64,000 bases of DNA from the NCBI GenBank assembly GCA_965204735.1, contig OZ242008.1, forward strand, positions 3,200,001 to 3,264,000, in the 5' to 3' direction. Under the pieces are notes generated by a model that had not been told where the DNA came from, did no database searches, and saw nothing but the letters and a program-made list of their open reading frames with translations. Position numbers and translations under genes: made by a program. Each line of letters starts with the position of its first letter. Positions within the stretch are counted from its first letter, which is position 1. Shown in pieces: positions 26,812-37,500 of the stretch. The DNA comes from Longimicrobiales bacterium (lineage in GTDB: Bacteria; Gemmatimonadota; Gemmatimonadetes; Longimicrobiales; Gaopeijiaceae).

Positions 26812-26902
26812 TAGTCCCGGTCGCTCTCGCCGGGGAACCGGCGGGACGCGGAGCGCCCGCCGACGGGCGACCAACCAAGAACAACAACAGAAAGAGAAGA
26901 AG

Positions 26903-27319
26903 ATGACGAAGACGAAGAGAGCATGGAGCGCGGCGATGATCTGCGTCGCTCTGATCCAGGTGGGCGGGTGTTCCTACATCGCGCACTCGGAGCCGGCCCG
27001 CGGAGGCCCCGAGGACGCTTTCTGCACGCCGTCCAGGGTGCCCCACACCGTGGACGCCGCCGCAGCGCTTCTCGCTCCACTGGCCGGCATGGCGGTCGGG
27101 TTTCTTGCGCCGAGCGCCGAGGAGAACTCGCGGTGGGCTCCGCTCGCGGGCTTTGTCGCCGGCGGCGTGCTGTCGGGCGCCGTCGTCGCGCCGTCGTACA
27201 GGCACGGCACGGAAGAAGCGGCAGCGTGCCGGGCGGCGCGTCTGGCGCGCGACAGGGCCTGGACCGAGTACTGGGCGGCGCAAGACACGGCAGCCAAGCC
27301 GTCCGAGGGACAGCGCTAG
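26903..27319 (+). CDS. Small lipoprotein with two hydrophobic helices bracketed by a Cys pair
   Basis: Lipobox VGGC; FCTPS...[TM-TM, Gly-rich]...AACR. Confidence 0.7.
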   Translation: MTKTKRAWSAAMICVALIQVGGCSYIAHSEPARGGPEDAFCTPSRVPHTVDAAAALLAPLAGMAVGFLAPSAEENSRWAPLAGFVAGGVLSGAVVAPSYRHGTEEAAACRAARLARDRAWTEYWAAQDTAAKPSEGQR

Positions 27320-27471
27320 GCCGAGGCCGGGATTGCCCCTCGGGGCAGGCGTCGTCGCTGCGGCAGTGCTAGCTTGGTGGACACGTGGGGGCTGCCATGC
27401 GGGCCGAAGCCCCGAGGCTGGGCTTGGCCGCAGGCTGGTCCTCGATCTGCTTGACTCGATGGAGCGGCGCC

Positions 27472-27828
27472 ATGGACGAAAGCGAGCTGCTTGATGTTCT
27501 TGCCGACGTGCGCGAGCCCGCCGTGCTGGCGACGGTGGTGGCGACGAAGGGGTCCACGCCCCGGAAGGCCGGCGCCAAGATGCTGTTGGGCAAGGACGGC
27601 TCGATCGCGGGCACCATCGGAGGCGGGTGCGGCGAGGGCGAGGTGATTGCCGCCGCCCAGGACCTCTTCGACGGCGGGCCGCCCACGACCGTCCGGATCG
27701 ACCTGACCGACGACCTGACTTCGTGGAGCCCGGCCGTGTGCGGCGGGATCATGGACGTCTTCATCGAGCGGGCCGACGCGGGCGAAGCCGCTTCCACTCG
27801 GGAAGGGTCGCCGCGAAGACGAGGGTGA
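27472..27828 (+). CDS. Stand-alone XdhC/CoxI N-terminal domain protein
   Basis: LATVVATKGSTPRKAGAKM, GTIGGGCGEGEV, CGGIMDVFIE. Confidence 0.88.
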   Translation: MDESELLDVLADVREPAVLATVVATKGSTPRKAGAKMLLGKDGSIAGTIGGGCGEGEVIAAAQDLFDGGPPTTVRIDLTDDLTSWSPAVCGGIMDVFIERADAGEAASTREGSPRRRG

Positions 27829-28216
27829 TCGCGACGGCCGACGCCACGCAGTACCGGCACCATGCGCGGATCACGAACGCCTCGAGATAGGTGAGCCAGG
27901 CGCTGAAGAGCACGCCGGCGAGGGCGCCGCCAAAGAGAAGGAAGGCGACCGCCCGCGAGGGCGCGAAGCGCCGTTGCAAGCCCAGCGTCGCCAGCGCGAA
28001 GAGGGCCAGGTATCCGGCCACTCCGATCCCGGAGACGGGAACCGGCCCCACCCACGCCCAGCTGGAGGACTGCACGGTCCCGCAATCGCCCGAGCCGCAC
28101 TGGATCGATCCGGCCCAGCCCAGGTTGTGGGCTGCCAGGTAGAACGCGAGGAAGGCGCCGCCCAGAGACACGACGGCCACGACCATGCGGTTTCGGGGCA
28201 GGGCGGCGTCCGCCAC
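27761..28216 (-). CDS. Vitamin K epoxide reductase (VKOR) family protein
   Basis: CGSGDCGTVQSSSWA, C-terminal WCRYC (CxxC), TM helices; follows DsbA. Confidence 0.9.
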   Translation of the reverse strand: MADAALPRNRMVVAVVSLGGAFLAFYLAAHNLGWAGSIQCGSGDCGTVQSSSWAWVGPVPVSGIGVAGYLALFALATLGLQRRFAPSRAVAFLLFGGALAGVLFSAWLTYLEAFVIRAWCRYCVASAVAITLVFAATLPEWKRLRPRRPAR

Positions 28217-28219
28217 AGG

Positions 28220-28927
28220 CTAGTTGCCCGAAGCAGCTTCCACGGCGCGCTGGACGTCGAGGAACTGGAACCCGCCCAGCTGCTGGGTCCCGCTCTCGTC
28301 GTGATGGACGAAGATCGTCGGCGTCCCGCCTACACGGAGACGCTCGCCCAGGCGCCGATTGGCCGTCACCACGTCGGCGTGGCGGCCGCTCTCCAGGCAT
28401 CCGCGGAAGGCGGCCGCGTCCAGTCCCAGGTCGTCCGCCAGACTCCTGAAGTGGCCGGCGGCGTCGCGCATTGTCGACCACCTCGCCTGGCTGCGGAAGA
28501 TGGCGTCGTGGTAGTCGTGGTAGCGGTCCTGGTCGCCGGCGCAGCGGGCCGCGCGGGCGGCGAGGAAGGCGTGGGGATGCTGGTCCAGGGGGAAGTCGTG
28601 GAACACCAGCTTCGCTTCGCCTGCGGCGATGTACGCCAGATCCAGCTGCGGCTTGACCTCGAGGGCGAAGGATCGGCAGGCGGGGCACTGGTAGTCGCCG
28701 AACTCCATGATCGTGACGGGGGCGTCCGGGTCCCCCCAGACGACTCCTTGAGCCAGGTCGATCAGCTGCTGGTCGCCGATCTCGCCCAGCTCGACGGGCG
28801 CGCTGGCCGTCTCTCCGCCGTCGCGCAGGGCGAACGCCACGACCACCACGCCGAGCACCGCCACCACTCCGATCGCCAAGTAGAACTTGGTCAGGTCGGA
28901 ACTTCCCGTTGCTCTCTTTCTTGCCAC
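28220..28927 (-). CDS. DsbA-family thioredoxin-fold oxidoreductase, membrane anchored
   Basis: GDPDAPVTIMEFGDYQCPAC, HDFPL, GGTPT. Confidence 0.9.
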   Translation of the reverse strand: MARKRATGSSDLTKFYLAIGVVAVLGVVVVAFALRDGGETASAPVELGEIGDQQLIDLAQGVVWGDPDAPVTIMEFGDYQCPACRSFALEVKPQLDLAYIAAGEAKLVFHDFPLDQHPHAFLAARAARCAGDQDRYHDYHDAIFRSQARWSTMRDAAGHFRSLADDLGLDAAAFRGCLESGRHADVVTANRRLGERLRVGGTPTIFVHHDESGTQQLGGFQFLDVQRAVEAASGN

Positions 28928-28955
28928 GATCCCCTCGCCTTCGTGTTTCGCGGAG

Positions 28956-29699
28956 TCACGCCTTCGCGGACGCGCGGTGCGCCGCCATAGCAAGATGGGC
29001 CGGAAGGGGGCTTCCGATCAACCGCCCCGTCAGCGCCGCCGCCGCTCCGGTCGCGTCCTCGAACCCCGGCAGGAGGAGGTCCGGCGCCGCCGCCTTCAGT
29101 TCGGCCGCGGTGAAGCGCCCGGTGGCCACCGCCACGGTCGCCGCCCCCGCCGCCCGTCCGCAAGCCACGTCCCTCGGGGTGTCGCCGATCACCACGACGT
29201 CGCCCTCGAAGGATCGGCCCCAGCGGGCGGACGCGCGACGGACCGCGATCTCGGGGAGTTCGTTCCGCTCCGCGCGGTCGGAGCCGAAGGCGCCCACGGG
29301 AAAGCGCTCCCACAGCCCCGCCGAGGCGAGCTTCAGTCGGGCGCCCCCCTTCAGGTTCCCGGTGACGAGGCCCAGGGCCACGTCCTGTCGAGCCGCCAGC
29401 AGCGGGACGAGCTCGGCCACTCCAGGCAGGGGCCGTGCCGGGTCCGACGGGATCCTCCGCGCCAGCTCGGAGAGGTAGCGGTCCCAGAAGCGGGGGAGGC
29501 CGGCGTCGATCTCGTCGTTGGTCAGCCCCGCCGCATGGAGCAGTTCCCGAGCGATCCGAGGGTCGGTCTTCCCCGCGAAGTCGTGATCCGCGATCGGGCC
29601 GGCGGTGCCGAAGACGCCGGCCAGCGCGTGGCCGAAGGCGGACTTGGCCGGGCTGCCTCGAACAAGGGTTCCGTCGACGTCGAAGAGGAGGAGGCGCAA
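28956..29699 (-). CDS. HAD-superfamily hydrolase
   Basis: LFDVDGTL, VTGN, IGDTPRD motifs. Confidence 0.88.
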   Translation of the reverse strand: MRLLLFDVDGTLVRGSPAKSAFGHALAGVFGTAGPIADHDFAGKTDPRIARELLHAAGLTNDEIDAGLPRFWDRYLSELARRIPSDPARPLPGVAELVPLLAARQDVALGLVTGNLKGGARLKLASAGLWERFPVGAFGSDRAERNELPEIAVRRASARWGRSFEGDVVVIGDTPRDVACGRAAGAATVAVATGRFTAAELKAAAPDLLLPGFEDATGAAAALTGRLIGSPLPAHLAMAAHRASAKA

Positions 29700-29727
29700 T
29701 GGCCGGATGGGACGCGCGGCGGCGGGG

Positions 29728-30747
29728 TCAGGCCGCCTCGGGGCCGGCCGCCAGGATCTCGCGGAGCAGGGAAGCGTCCAGGTTGCCCCCCGAGAGGACG
29801 GCGCAAACCCGGCGCCCCCGGGGCGAGACCGCGCCCGAGAGGAGCGCCGCCACCGTGGCCGCGCCCGAGTACTCCACCACCAGCTTGCGGCGCTCGATCA
29901 GGTGGGCTGCGGCGCGACGGATGGCTTCGTCGGACACCAGGACCACGTCGTCCAGGAACGAGGCGGCGCAGGCGTAGGTGAGGTCGCCGGCGCGGGTGGG
30001 CGCCAAGCCGTCGGCGATCGTGTCGGTCCGCCCCAGGGTCACGGGGCCGCCGGCGTCCAAGGCTCGCCGCATTGTGGGCGCTCCTTCGGGCTCGACCCCC
30101 ACCACCACCGCTTCAGGGCGCAGGCGGCGCATCGCAAGGCCGCAGCCGGCAGCTTGTCCCCCGCCGCCGATCGGCGTCAGCAGCATGTCGACTTCGGGCC
30201 ACTCCTCCACGACTTCCAGCGCCACGGTTCCCTGGCCCGCCACGATCCACGGGTGGTCGAAGGGCGGCACCATGACCAGCCCCTCCGCCTGGGCGATCTC
30301 CTCGGCCCGGACCCTCCGCTGCTCGGAGGTGGTTCCGGCGAACTCGACCCGCGCGCCCAGCCGTCGGGCGCCGTCGCTCTTGACCTTGGGCGCAGTGGTC
30401 GGCATCACCACGACGGAGCGCGCGCCGGCCCGCCCCGCCGCGAACGCCACGGCCTGGGCGTGGTTGCCCGAGGAGTAGGTGACCACGCCGCGGGCCAGCT
30501 CGTCGGGCGGGAGTTGGCCCAAGAAGTTGGTCGCGCCCCTGGCCTTGAAGGAGCCGGCCTTCTGGAGGGATTCGCACTTGAGCCGGACTTCGCTCGCCAC
30601 TGCTTCGGAGAGGTCGGCGTCGGGCACCAGGGGAGTCCGCGCGACGGTCCCCCGTATCCGGTCCGCCGCCGCGCGCACGTCGGCGAGAGACACGTCGGGG
30701 GTCGAAGCGGCCGCCCCGGGACCGCCGGACGACGGGGCGCCGGTCAC
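29728..30747 (-). CDS. PLP-dependent threonine/serine dehydratase
   Basis: [42 protein letters not shown]. Confidence 0.9.
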   Translation of the reverse strand: MTGAPSSGGPGAAASTPDVSLADVRAAADRIRGTVARTPLVPDADLSEAVASEVRLKCESLQKAGSFKARGATNFLGQLPPDELARGVVTYSSGNHAQAVAFAAGRAGARSVVVMPTTAPKVKSDGARRLGARVEFAGTTSEQRRVRAEEIAQAEGLVMVPPFDHPWIVAGQGTVALEVVEEWPEVDMLLTPIGGGGQAAGCGLAMRRLRPEAVVVGVEPEGAPTMRRALDAGGPVTLGRTDTIADGLAPTRAGDLTYACAASFLDDVVLVSDEAIRRAAAHLIERRKLVVEYSGAATVAALLSGAVSPRGRRVCAVLSGGNLDASLLREILAAGPEAA

Positions 30748-33392
30748 GAAGACGCTTCCCCGCTCGCTCCGCCGGCCGAGGCCGGGCCGGAGCCGGCCTC
30801 CTCCAGGCCGTCCGCCCCCGCTTCCGCCGGCCCGGACGCCTGGGGGTCGTCCTCGTCTTCGTCGGTCGCCCCGTCGATCACCCTGGCCACGTCCACCACC
30901 ACGTCGCCTTCGTCCAAGTTGACCAAGCGCACGCCCTGGGTCGCTCGTCCGATCACGCGGAGCTCCGACACGTTCTGCCGGTTCACGACGCCCTTGCGGG
31001 TGACCACCATGAGCTGGTCGTCGTCGGTCACCGACTTCACGGCCACCACGGGTCCCGTCTTCTCGGAGGACTTCAGGTTGATCACGCCCTTGCCGCCGCG
31101 GAACTGGAAGCGGTAGTCGCCGATCTCGCTCCGCTTCCCCATCCCGTGCTCCGTCGCCACCAGCAGCGTGGCGTCGGGACGACGCACCACCACCATGCCC
31201 ACCACCTCGTCGCCCTCGTCCAGGCGTATCCCCCGCACGCCGGCGGCGGTGCGCCCCATCGGACGGGCGTCGGACTCGCGGAAGCGGATCGCCTTTCCCT
31301 TGCGGGTGGCCAGAAGCACTTCGTTGTCGCCTTCGGTGAGCTGGACGTCGATCAGGGCGTCGCCCTCCCGCACGCCGACGGCGTATATCCCCACCGCCCG
31401 CACGTTGCCGTAGGCCGACAGGGGAGTCCTCTTCACGACCCCGTTCCTGGTGCAGAAGAGGAGGAACCTGTCCTCGGGGAACTCCCGCACGGCCACCACC
31501 GACGCCACCGACTCGCCCGCGTTCAAGTCGACCAAGTTGACGATCGGCTTTCCCCGGGCCTGCCGGCTTCCTTGGGGAATGCCCCAGACCTTGACCCAGT
31601 GGCACCGGCCCCGGTCGCTGAAGACCATGAGGTAGTCGTGGGTGGAGGCGACGAAGACGTGGTCGACCCAGTCCTCCGCCTTGGTGCCCATGCCCCGCAG
31701 CCCCCGTCCTCCGCGTCGCTGGGCCCGGTAGGCGCCGATGGGGATGCGCTTCACGTAGCCCTGGCGAGAGAGGGTGATCACCACCTCTTCGTCGGCGATC
31801 AAGTCCTCCACGTCGAACGACGAGACCCCGCCCACGATCTTCGAGCGGCGGTCGTCTCCGTACTTCTCGGCGACCTCCCGCAGCTCGTCCTTGACGATGC
31901 CGAGGCGGACGCCCAGGTCGCCCAGGATCCGTTCCAGCTCGGCGATGCGTTCCCGCACCTGGGCGAGCTCCGCGTCCAGCTTCTCCATCTCCAGACCCGT
32001 CAGACGGGCCAAGCGCATGTCGAGGATGGCCCTGGCCTGGCGCTCCGAGAGAGCGAAGGCCTTGCGCAGGCTCACCGCCGCCTCGGCCGCGTCCTGGGAC
32101 GCCCGGACGATCCGCACCACCTCGTCGATGTTGTCCACGGCGGTGCGGAGACCTTCCAGGATGTGTTCCCGCTCCTGGGCCGCCGCCAAGTCGAACTCGC
32201 TGCGCCTCACCACGACGTCGTGACGGTGATGGAGGAAGTGGGCCAGCATGTCGAGGAGGGGCATCACCTTGGGGACGCCGTCCACCAGCGCCAGAAGGAT
32301 GACGCCGAAGGTGGACTGCATCTGGGTGTGCTTGTAGAGGCGGTTCAGGACCACGTGGGGCACCGCTTCCCGCTTCAGCTCGACGACGATCCGCATCCCG
32401 TCCCGGTCCGACTCGTCCCGCAGGTCGCGGATGGAGGTGATCCGCTTCTCCCGCGCGAGGGCGGCGATCTGCTCGATGAGGCGAGACTTGTTCACCATGA
32501 AGGGGATCTCTTCGACGACGATCCGGTCCGGTCCGTCGTCGTGTTCCTCCACCACGGCCTTGGCCCGCAGGACGATCCGGCCCCGACCTGTTCGATACGC
32601 TTCGCGGACTCCCCTTAGGCCGCAGACGTAGCCGCCGGTGGGGAAGTCGGGAGCTGGGATGAGCTCGCGCAGCCGGCTCCTCATGGCCGACTTGCGCCCT
32701 GTCTGGAAGAGGTCGAACGCTTCCTCCGAGCGCGCCGGACGGCCCCGGACGATCGCCTCCACGTCGCCCCAGGGCATCTCGTCGATCACCGCGACCAAGC
32801 CGTCCACCACTTCCCGCAGGTTGTGGGGCGGGATGTTGGTGGCCATCCCCACGGCGATTCCCGAGGACCCGTTGACCAGAAGGTTGGGCGCCTTGGAAGG
32901 GAGGACCGACGGCTCCTGGAGGCGGCCGTCGAAGTTCTCGTCGAAGCGGACCGTCTCCTTGTCGATGTCCGCCAGCAGCTCCATGGAAAGGCGGTGGAGC
33001 CGGGCCTCCGTGTAGCGGTAGGCCGCCGCCGAGTCGCCGTCGATGGAGCCGAAGTTGCCCTGGCCGTCGACGAGGGGGTAGCGGAGGGAGAAGTCCTGCA
33101 CCATCCGCACCAGGGCGTCGTACACCGCCGAGTCGCCGTGGGGGTGGTACTTGCCCAGCACCTCGCCCACCACGGTTGCACACTTCTTGTAGGCGCGTCC
33201 GGGGGAGAGTCCCAGCTCGGACATGGCGTAGAGGATGCGCCTGTGAACGGGCTTGAGGCCGTCCCGGACGTCGGGCAGGGCGCGCTGCACGTTCACGCTC
33301 ATCGAGTAGTCGATGAACGACTCGCGCATCTCCTGCTCCAGAATGCGCTCGAGGACCCGTTCGCCGGGACCGCTTGGGGGGTGGTCGGCCAT
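30744..33392 (-). CDS. gyrA: DNA gyrase subunit A
   Basis: [38 protein letters not shown], GyrA-box QRRGGRG, C-terminal pinwheel repeats. Confidence 0.97.
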   Translation of the reverse strand: MADHPPSGPGERVLERILEQEMRESFIDYSMSVNVQRALPDVRDGLKPVHRRILYAMSELGLSPGRAYKKCATVVGEVLGKYHPHGDSAVYDALVRMVQDFSLRYPLVDGQGNFGSIDGDSAAAYRYTEARLHRLSMELLADIDKETVRFDENFDGRLQEPSVLPSKAPNLLVNGSSGIAVGMATNIPPHNLREVVDGLVAVIDEMPWGDVEAIVRGRPARSEEAFDLFQTGRKSAMRSRLRELIPAPDFPTGGYVCGLRGVREAYRTGRGRIVLRAKAVVEEHDDGPDRIVVEEIPFMVNKSRLIEQIAALAREKRITSIRDLRDESDRDGMRIVVELKREAVPHVVLNRLYKHTQMQSTFGVILLALVDGVPKVMPLLDMLAHFLHHRHDVVVRRSEFDLAAAQEREHILEGLRTAVDNIDEVVRIVRASQDAAEAAVSLRKAFALSERQARAILDMRLARLTGLEMEKLDAELAQVRERIAELERILGDLGVRLGIVKDELREVAEKYGDDRRSKIVGGVSSFDVEDLIADEEVVITLSRQGYVKRIPIGAYRAQRRGGRGLRGMGTKAEDWVDHVFVASTHDYLMVFSDRGRCHWVKVWGIPQGSRQARGKPIVNLVDLNAGESVASVVAVREFPEDRFLLFCTRNGVVKRTPLSAYGNVRAVGIYAVGVREGDALIDVQLTEGDNEVLLATRKGKAIRFRESDARPMGRTAAGVRGIRLDEGDEVVGMVVVRRPDATLLVATEHGMGKRSEIGDYRFQFRGGKGVINLKSSEKTGPVVAVKSVTDDDQLMVVTRKGVVNRQNVSELRVIGRATQGVRLVNLDEGDVVVDVARVIDGATDEDEDDPQASGPAEAGADGLEEAGSGPASAGGASGEASS

Positions 33393-33477
33393 GCGATTCT
33401 TCGGGAGTGAGGAAGGGTTCCGGCGAGAGCGGCCCGACAGTCGGCCCCAGGCAGGCCGAAGCGCCGAAACTCATTGA

Positions 33478-33506
33478 AGGATAATGGTTTTCCGGGGCCG
33501 GCTCAA
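33478..33506 (-). promoter_or_regulatory. Putative sigma70 promoter of gyrA
   Basis: Minus strand TTGAGC-17 nt-TATCCT. Confidence 0.55.
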
Positions 33507-34561
33507 GCCATGGCGACGAACTCCCGGCCCTCCTCCAGGCCTGCCCGCGAAGCCGCTTGCCGCACCGCCCGTCGGCCTTCGCGGCGCGCCACCGCGCCGA
33601 CGTGCAGGACGGCCCCGCAGGCGTGGGCTCCGGCGGCGTCCAGGACCGGCGCGCCGTGGATCCGCTGGCCGATCTTCCGGCGGTCCACCTCCACGAAGCC
33701 GGTCACTGCCACCCCCTGGCGCAGGAACTCCAGGGCGAGCCGCTTGCCGGTGGGACCCGCACCCCAAACCACGACGCCTTCCTTGCCGGCGAGGAGGCTG
33801 CGGCGGAGGTGGTGGACCCGGCACGCCCGGAAGGCGTCGAGGGAGTAGGTCGGGTGGGAGCGGCTGAGGCGGTCCGGGCCGTGGCGCCAGGCCAGCAGCG
33901 CTCGGGGAACCGAGGCGAAGCGTCGACCGGCGCGCCACAGGCGGAGGAGGAGGTCGTAGTCCTCCGGCCATCCCCGGTCTCGGTAGCCGCCGACGGAAGC
34001 CAGGGCTTCGGCGCGGAACATGAATGACGGGTGGGCCAAGGGGCACTCCACGAAGACGTTGGCCGCCACCGTCTTCCACTCGGTCATGGCGTTCAGCCAG
34101 GCGGCGTACTCGGCGGCCCGCTTGGTCACGGCGGAATCCGGGAAGCAGCGCACCTGGGCGCCGCAGCCGGCCAGTCCGGTGCGCCGGAGAAACTCCAGCT
34201 GGACCGCCAGCCTCTCGCGACGGCAGAGGTCGTCGGCGTCCATCCGGGCGACGATCGGCGCACGGGCCGCCGCCACGCCGCGCCGGAGGGCGGGGACGAT
34301 CCCCCTGCCGGGGTTTGCAAGAGCTCGAAAGCGCCGGTCGCGGGCCGTCCACTTCCGCAGGATCCGAGGGGTCGCGTCGGCGGAGCCGTCGTCGACGACC
34401 ACGACCTCGAACTCGCGGAGGGTCTGGCGGGCCAGGGACTCCAGAGCCGCGTCCAAGGTGGCGGCGCCGTCCCGGACTGGGAGGACCACCGAGACCTGGG
34501 GACGGCCGGCGGTCGGCGGCTTGCGCGAGGCGGGCCGGTCGGCCGGCTGGGCGCGGCTCAA
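33503..34561 (-). CDS. Glycosyltransferase family 2 with C-terminal Rossmann-like domain
   Basis: VSVVLPVRD, VVDDGSAD, RMDADD, HPS, EDYDL, VWGAGPTG; TTG start overlapping uvrA stop. Confidence 0.85.
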   Translation of the reverse strand: MSRAQPADRPASRKPPTAGRPQVSVVLPVRDGAATLDAALESLARQTLREFEVVVVDDGSADATPRILRKWTARDRRFRALANPGRGIVPALRRGVAAARAPIVARMDADDLCRRERLAVQLEFLRRTGLAGCGAQVRCFPDSAVTKRAAEYAAWLNAMTEWKTVAANVFVECPLAHPSFMFRAEALASVGGYRDRGWPEDYDLLLRLWRAGRRFASVPRALLAWRHGPDRLSRSHPTYSLDAFRACRVHHLRRSLLAGKEGVVVWGAGPTGKRLALEFLRQGVAVTGFVEVDRRKIGQRIHGAPVLDAAGAHACGAVLHVGAVARREGRRAVRQAASRAGLEEGREFVAMA

Positions 34562-37500
34562 GGGCGGCCGGCTTGCCGACCTGCGGGGGCGGGCGAGCCG
34601 GGGGCCGCCGGCGACCGAGACGCGTCCAGCGCGCCCCGGAGGTACCGACCCGTGACGCTCGCGGGCGTCCGGGCCACCTCTTCCGGGCGGCCCGTCGCCA
34701 CCACTCGGCCGCCCTTCGCCCCTGCGCCCGGTCCCATGTCCACCACCCAGTCGGCCGCCGCCACCACGTCCAGGTCGTGCTCCACCACCACCAGCGTGTT
34801 GCCCGCGTCCACCAGCCTGCGCAGCACCCCGTTCAGCTGCGCCACGTCTTCGCCCGAAAGGCCCGTGGTGGGTTCGTCGAGGATGTAGAGCTTGCGCCCC
34901 GCGGACTTGGCGCCGCCGATCAGCTCCCGGGCGATCTTGAGGCGCTGGGCCTCGCCCCCCGAGAGCGTCGTGGCGGGCTGTCCCAGGCGCAGGTAGCCCA
35001 AGCCGGCCTGCTGAAGGTGCCAGAGGGCTTGGCCCAGCTTCCGTTCCCGGATGAAGAAGCGCATCGCCCGATCCACCGTGAGCCCCAGCACCGCGCTCAC
35101 GTCCATGCCGCGCACCTTCACGTCCAGCACTTCGGGACGGTACCGCTTCCCCCCGCACAGCTCGCACGGAACGTGGACGTCGGCCATGAAGACCATCTCC
35201 ACCGCCACGTGGCCGGCGCCCTTGCACGCCTCGCAGCGTCCTCCCTCCACGTTGAAGGAGAAGGCGCCGGGAGCGAGCCCGGCGGAGGCGGCGGCGGGCT
35301 GGGCGGCAAAGAGGCGGCGCACTTCGCCCCACGCCTTCACGTAGGTCACGGGGTTCGAGCGGGGAGTGCGTCCGATCGGGCTCTGGTCCACCAGAACCAC
35401 CCCGGCCAGGTGCTCGTGGCCGGTGAGGGACCGGAAGTCGCCCACGGCTTCGCCCATGTGCTCCTTGGCCGTCGTCTCGCCCCCGCCGAGCGTCCGTTCC
35501 AGGGCTCGGTAGAGCACGTCGTGGACAAGGGTGGACTTCCCCGAGCCCGACACCCCGGTCACCACGGTCATCGCGCCGACGGGGAACTCGACATCCACGC
35601 CTTGAAGGTTGTGGAGGTCTGCGCCCTCGAGGCGGAGGCGGGGCAGGTCGATCAGCCTGCGACGGGGCGGCGGTGCGGCGCGGAACCGGCCCGAGAGGGA
35701 ACGTCCGGCGCTGGTCTCGGCGGAGAGGAGGGCCGCGGGCGGGCCTTGGAAGACCACTTCCCCGCCGCCCTCGCCAGCGCCCGGGCCCAGCTCCACGACG
35801 TGGTCGGCCGCTTCCACCGCCGCGGCGTGATGCTCCACCACGACCACCGTGCTGCCGGCGTCCCTGAGGCGCGCCAGCACTCTCATCAGCGCGCCCACGT
35901 CCCGGGGGTGGAGCCCGATGGAGGGCTCGTCCAGCACGTAGAGGGTGTCCACCAGGGTCGAGCCCAAGGAGTTGGCCAGGGCAATGCGCTGCGCCTCGCC
36001 GCCGGAAACGGTCCGCATCTGCCGGTTCAGCGAGAGGTAGCCCAGCCCCACGTCCAGCAGGAAGCCGACGCGGGCCGACAGCTCCTGGAGGATCGTGGCC
36101 GCCACCCGGGCCTCCATGGGCCGCAGCTCCAGCCCGGCGAGCCACGCGCGAAGGTCTTCCAGGGGCATCGCCGACGCCGAAGCGATCTCCCGACCGCCGA
36201 CGCGCACTTGCCTGGCCTCCGGCTTGAGCCGCGTCCCGTCGCACGCCGGACAGCGGCTCGGACGCTGGTAGCGGCGGAGGAAGACCCGGATGTACGCGCG
36301 GTAGCGCTTGCGTTCCTTCGAGACGAGGAAGTCCATCACCCCCTGGAAGGACTCCGTTCCGTAGAGCACGGCGTCCCGGAAGGGCTGGGACAGCGCCCGC
36401 CACGGGGCGGTTGGCGAGACTCCTTCCCGGGCGGCGAAGCGACGAAGCGCGTTGCGCTCCCGGGAGTAGCGGGGCTGTGCCCAGGGATCCACGGCGCCCT
36501 CCTCCAGCGACCGGTCCTCGTTGGGGACCACCAGGGTCGGATCGTACTCCAGCGTCTCGCCGAAGCCGCTGCACCTGGGGCAGCTGCCGTAGGGGTTGTT
36601 GAACGAGAAGAGGCGCGGGGCGGGCTCGAGGAAGGTCGTCTTGGGGTGGCGGGGACAGCGAAAGCGCTCGGTGAAGCGCATCTCCTCGCCGGGGGCGGCG
36701 CCCGGGCGAAGAACGACCGCTTCGCCCTCGCCCTCCCGGAAGCAGGTGGTCAGGGAGTCGGCCAAGCGCTCCCGCCACTCGGCGGAGCACGCCTGTGGAA
36801 CCTTGACCCGATCCACGACCACGAGCGCCTCCCGGGCCGTCGCCAAGTCCAGGGGCGCCGTCGGCGGAGTCGTCGCGCAGCCGCCGGAGCGCCTTGGAGC
36901 GCCCGAGCCTCCGGAGGCGTCGGAACCGCCCCGGCCCGAGTCCGTCGCGTCCCCGACGTCCACTGCGACGTTGCGACGACGCGGGTCTCCATCGACGACG
37001 CCCCGGCCCGACTCTCCCGCGTCCCCGACGTCCACCGCGTTCGCGACGTCCACTTCGACTCCGTCGGCCAGCGCCCTCACGAAGCCCATCGCCCGCAGGT
37101 TCCGCGCCAGCTCGCGGTGGGACACTCGCCCGCTCCTGGCCAGCGGGAACGCGACCATCAGGCGGGTCCCCGGCGCCACCTCGGCGATCCGGTCCACGGC
37201 GCCTCCCACCGAGTCGGGGCGCACTTCGTCGTCGCACTCGGGGCAGTGGGTGCGGCCGGCACGGGCGTAGAGGAGCCGCAGATAGTCGTACACCTCGGTG
37301 GCGGTGCCCACGGTGGACCGACTGCTCGTGGTCCGGTTCCTCTGCTCGATCGCCACCGCCGGCGAGAGCCCCTCGATCCGGTCCACGTCGGGCTTCTGCA
37401 GCCGGTCCAGGAACTGCTTGGCGTAGGTGGAGAGGGATTCCACGTAGCGCCTTTGCCCCGCGGCGAAGAGGGTGTCGAGCGCAAGGGAGGACTTGCCCGA

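Noticed and set aside
23918..27373. GCTAGC near both ends of the WYL module as a target-site duplication
   Set aside because: Only 6 bp; the left copy contains the xdhC stop and the right copy fits an extended -10 (TGcTAGCTT)
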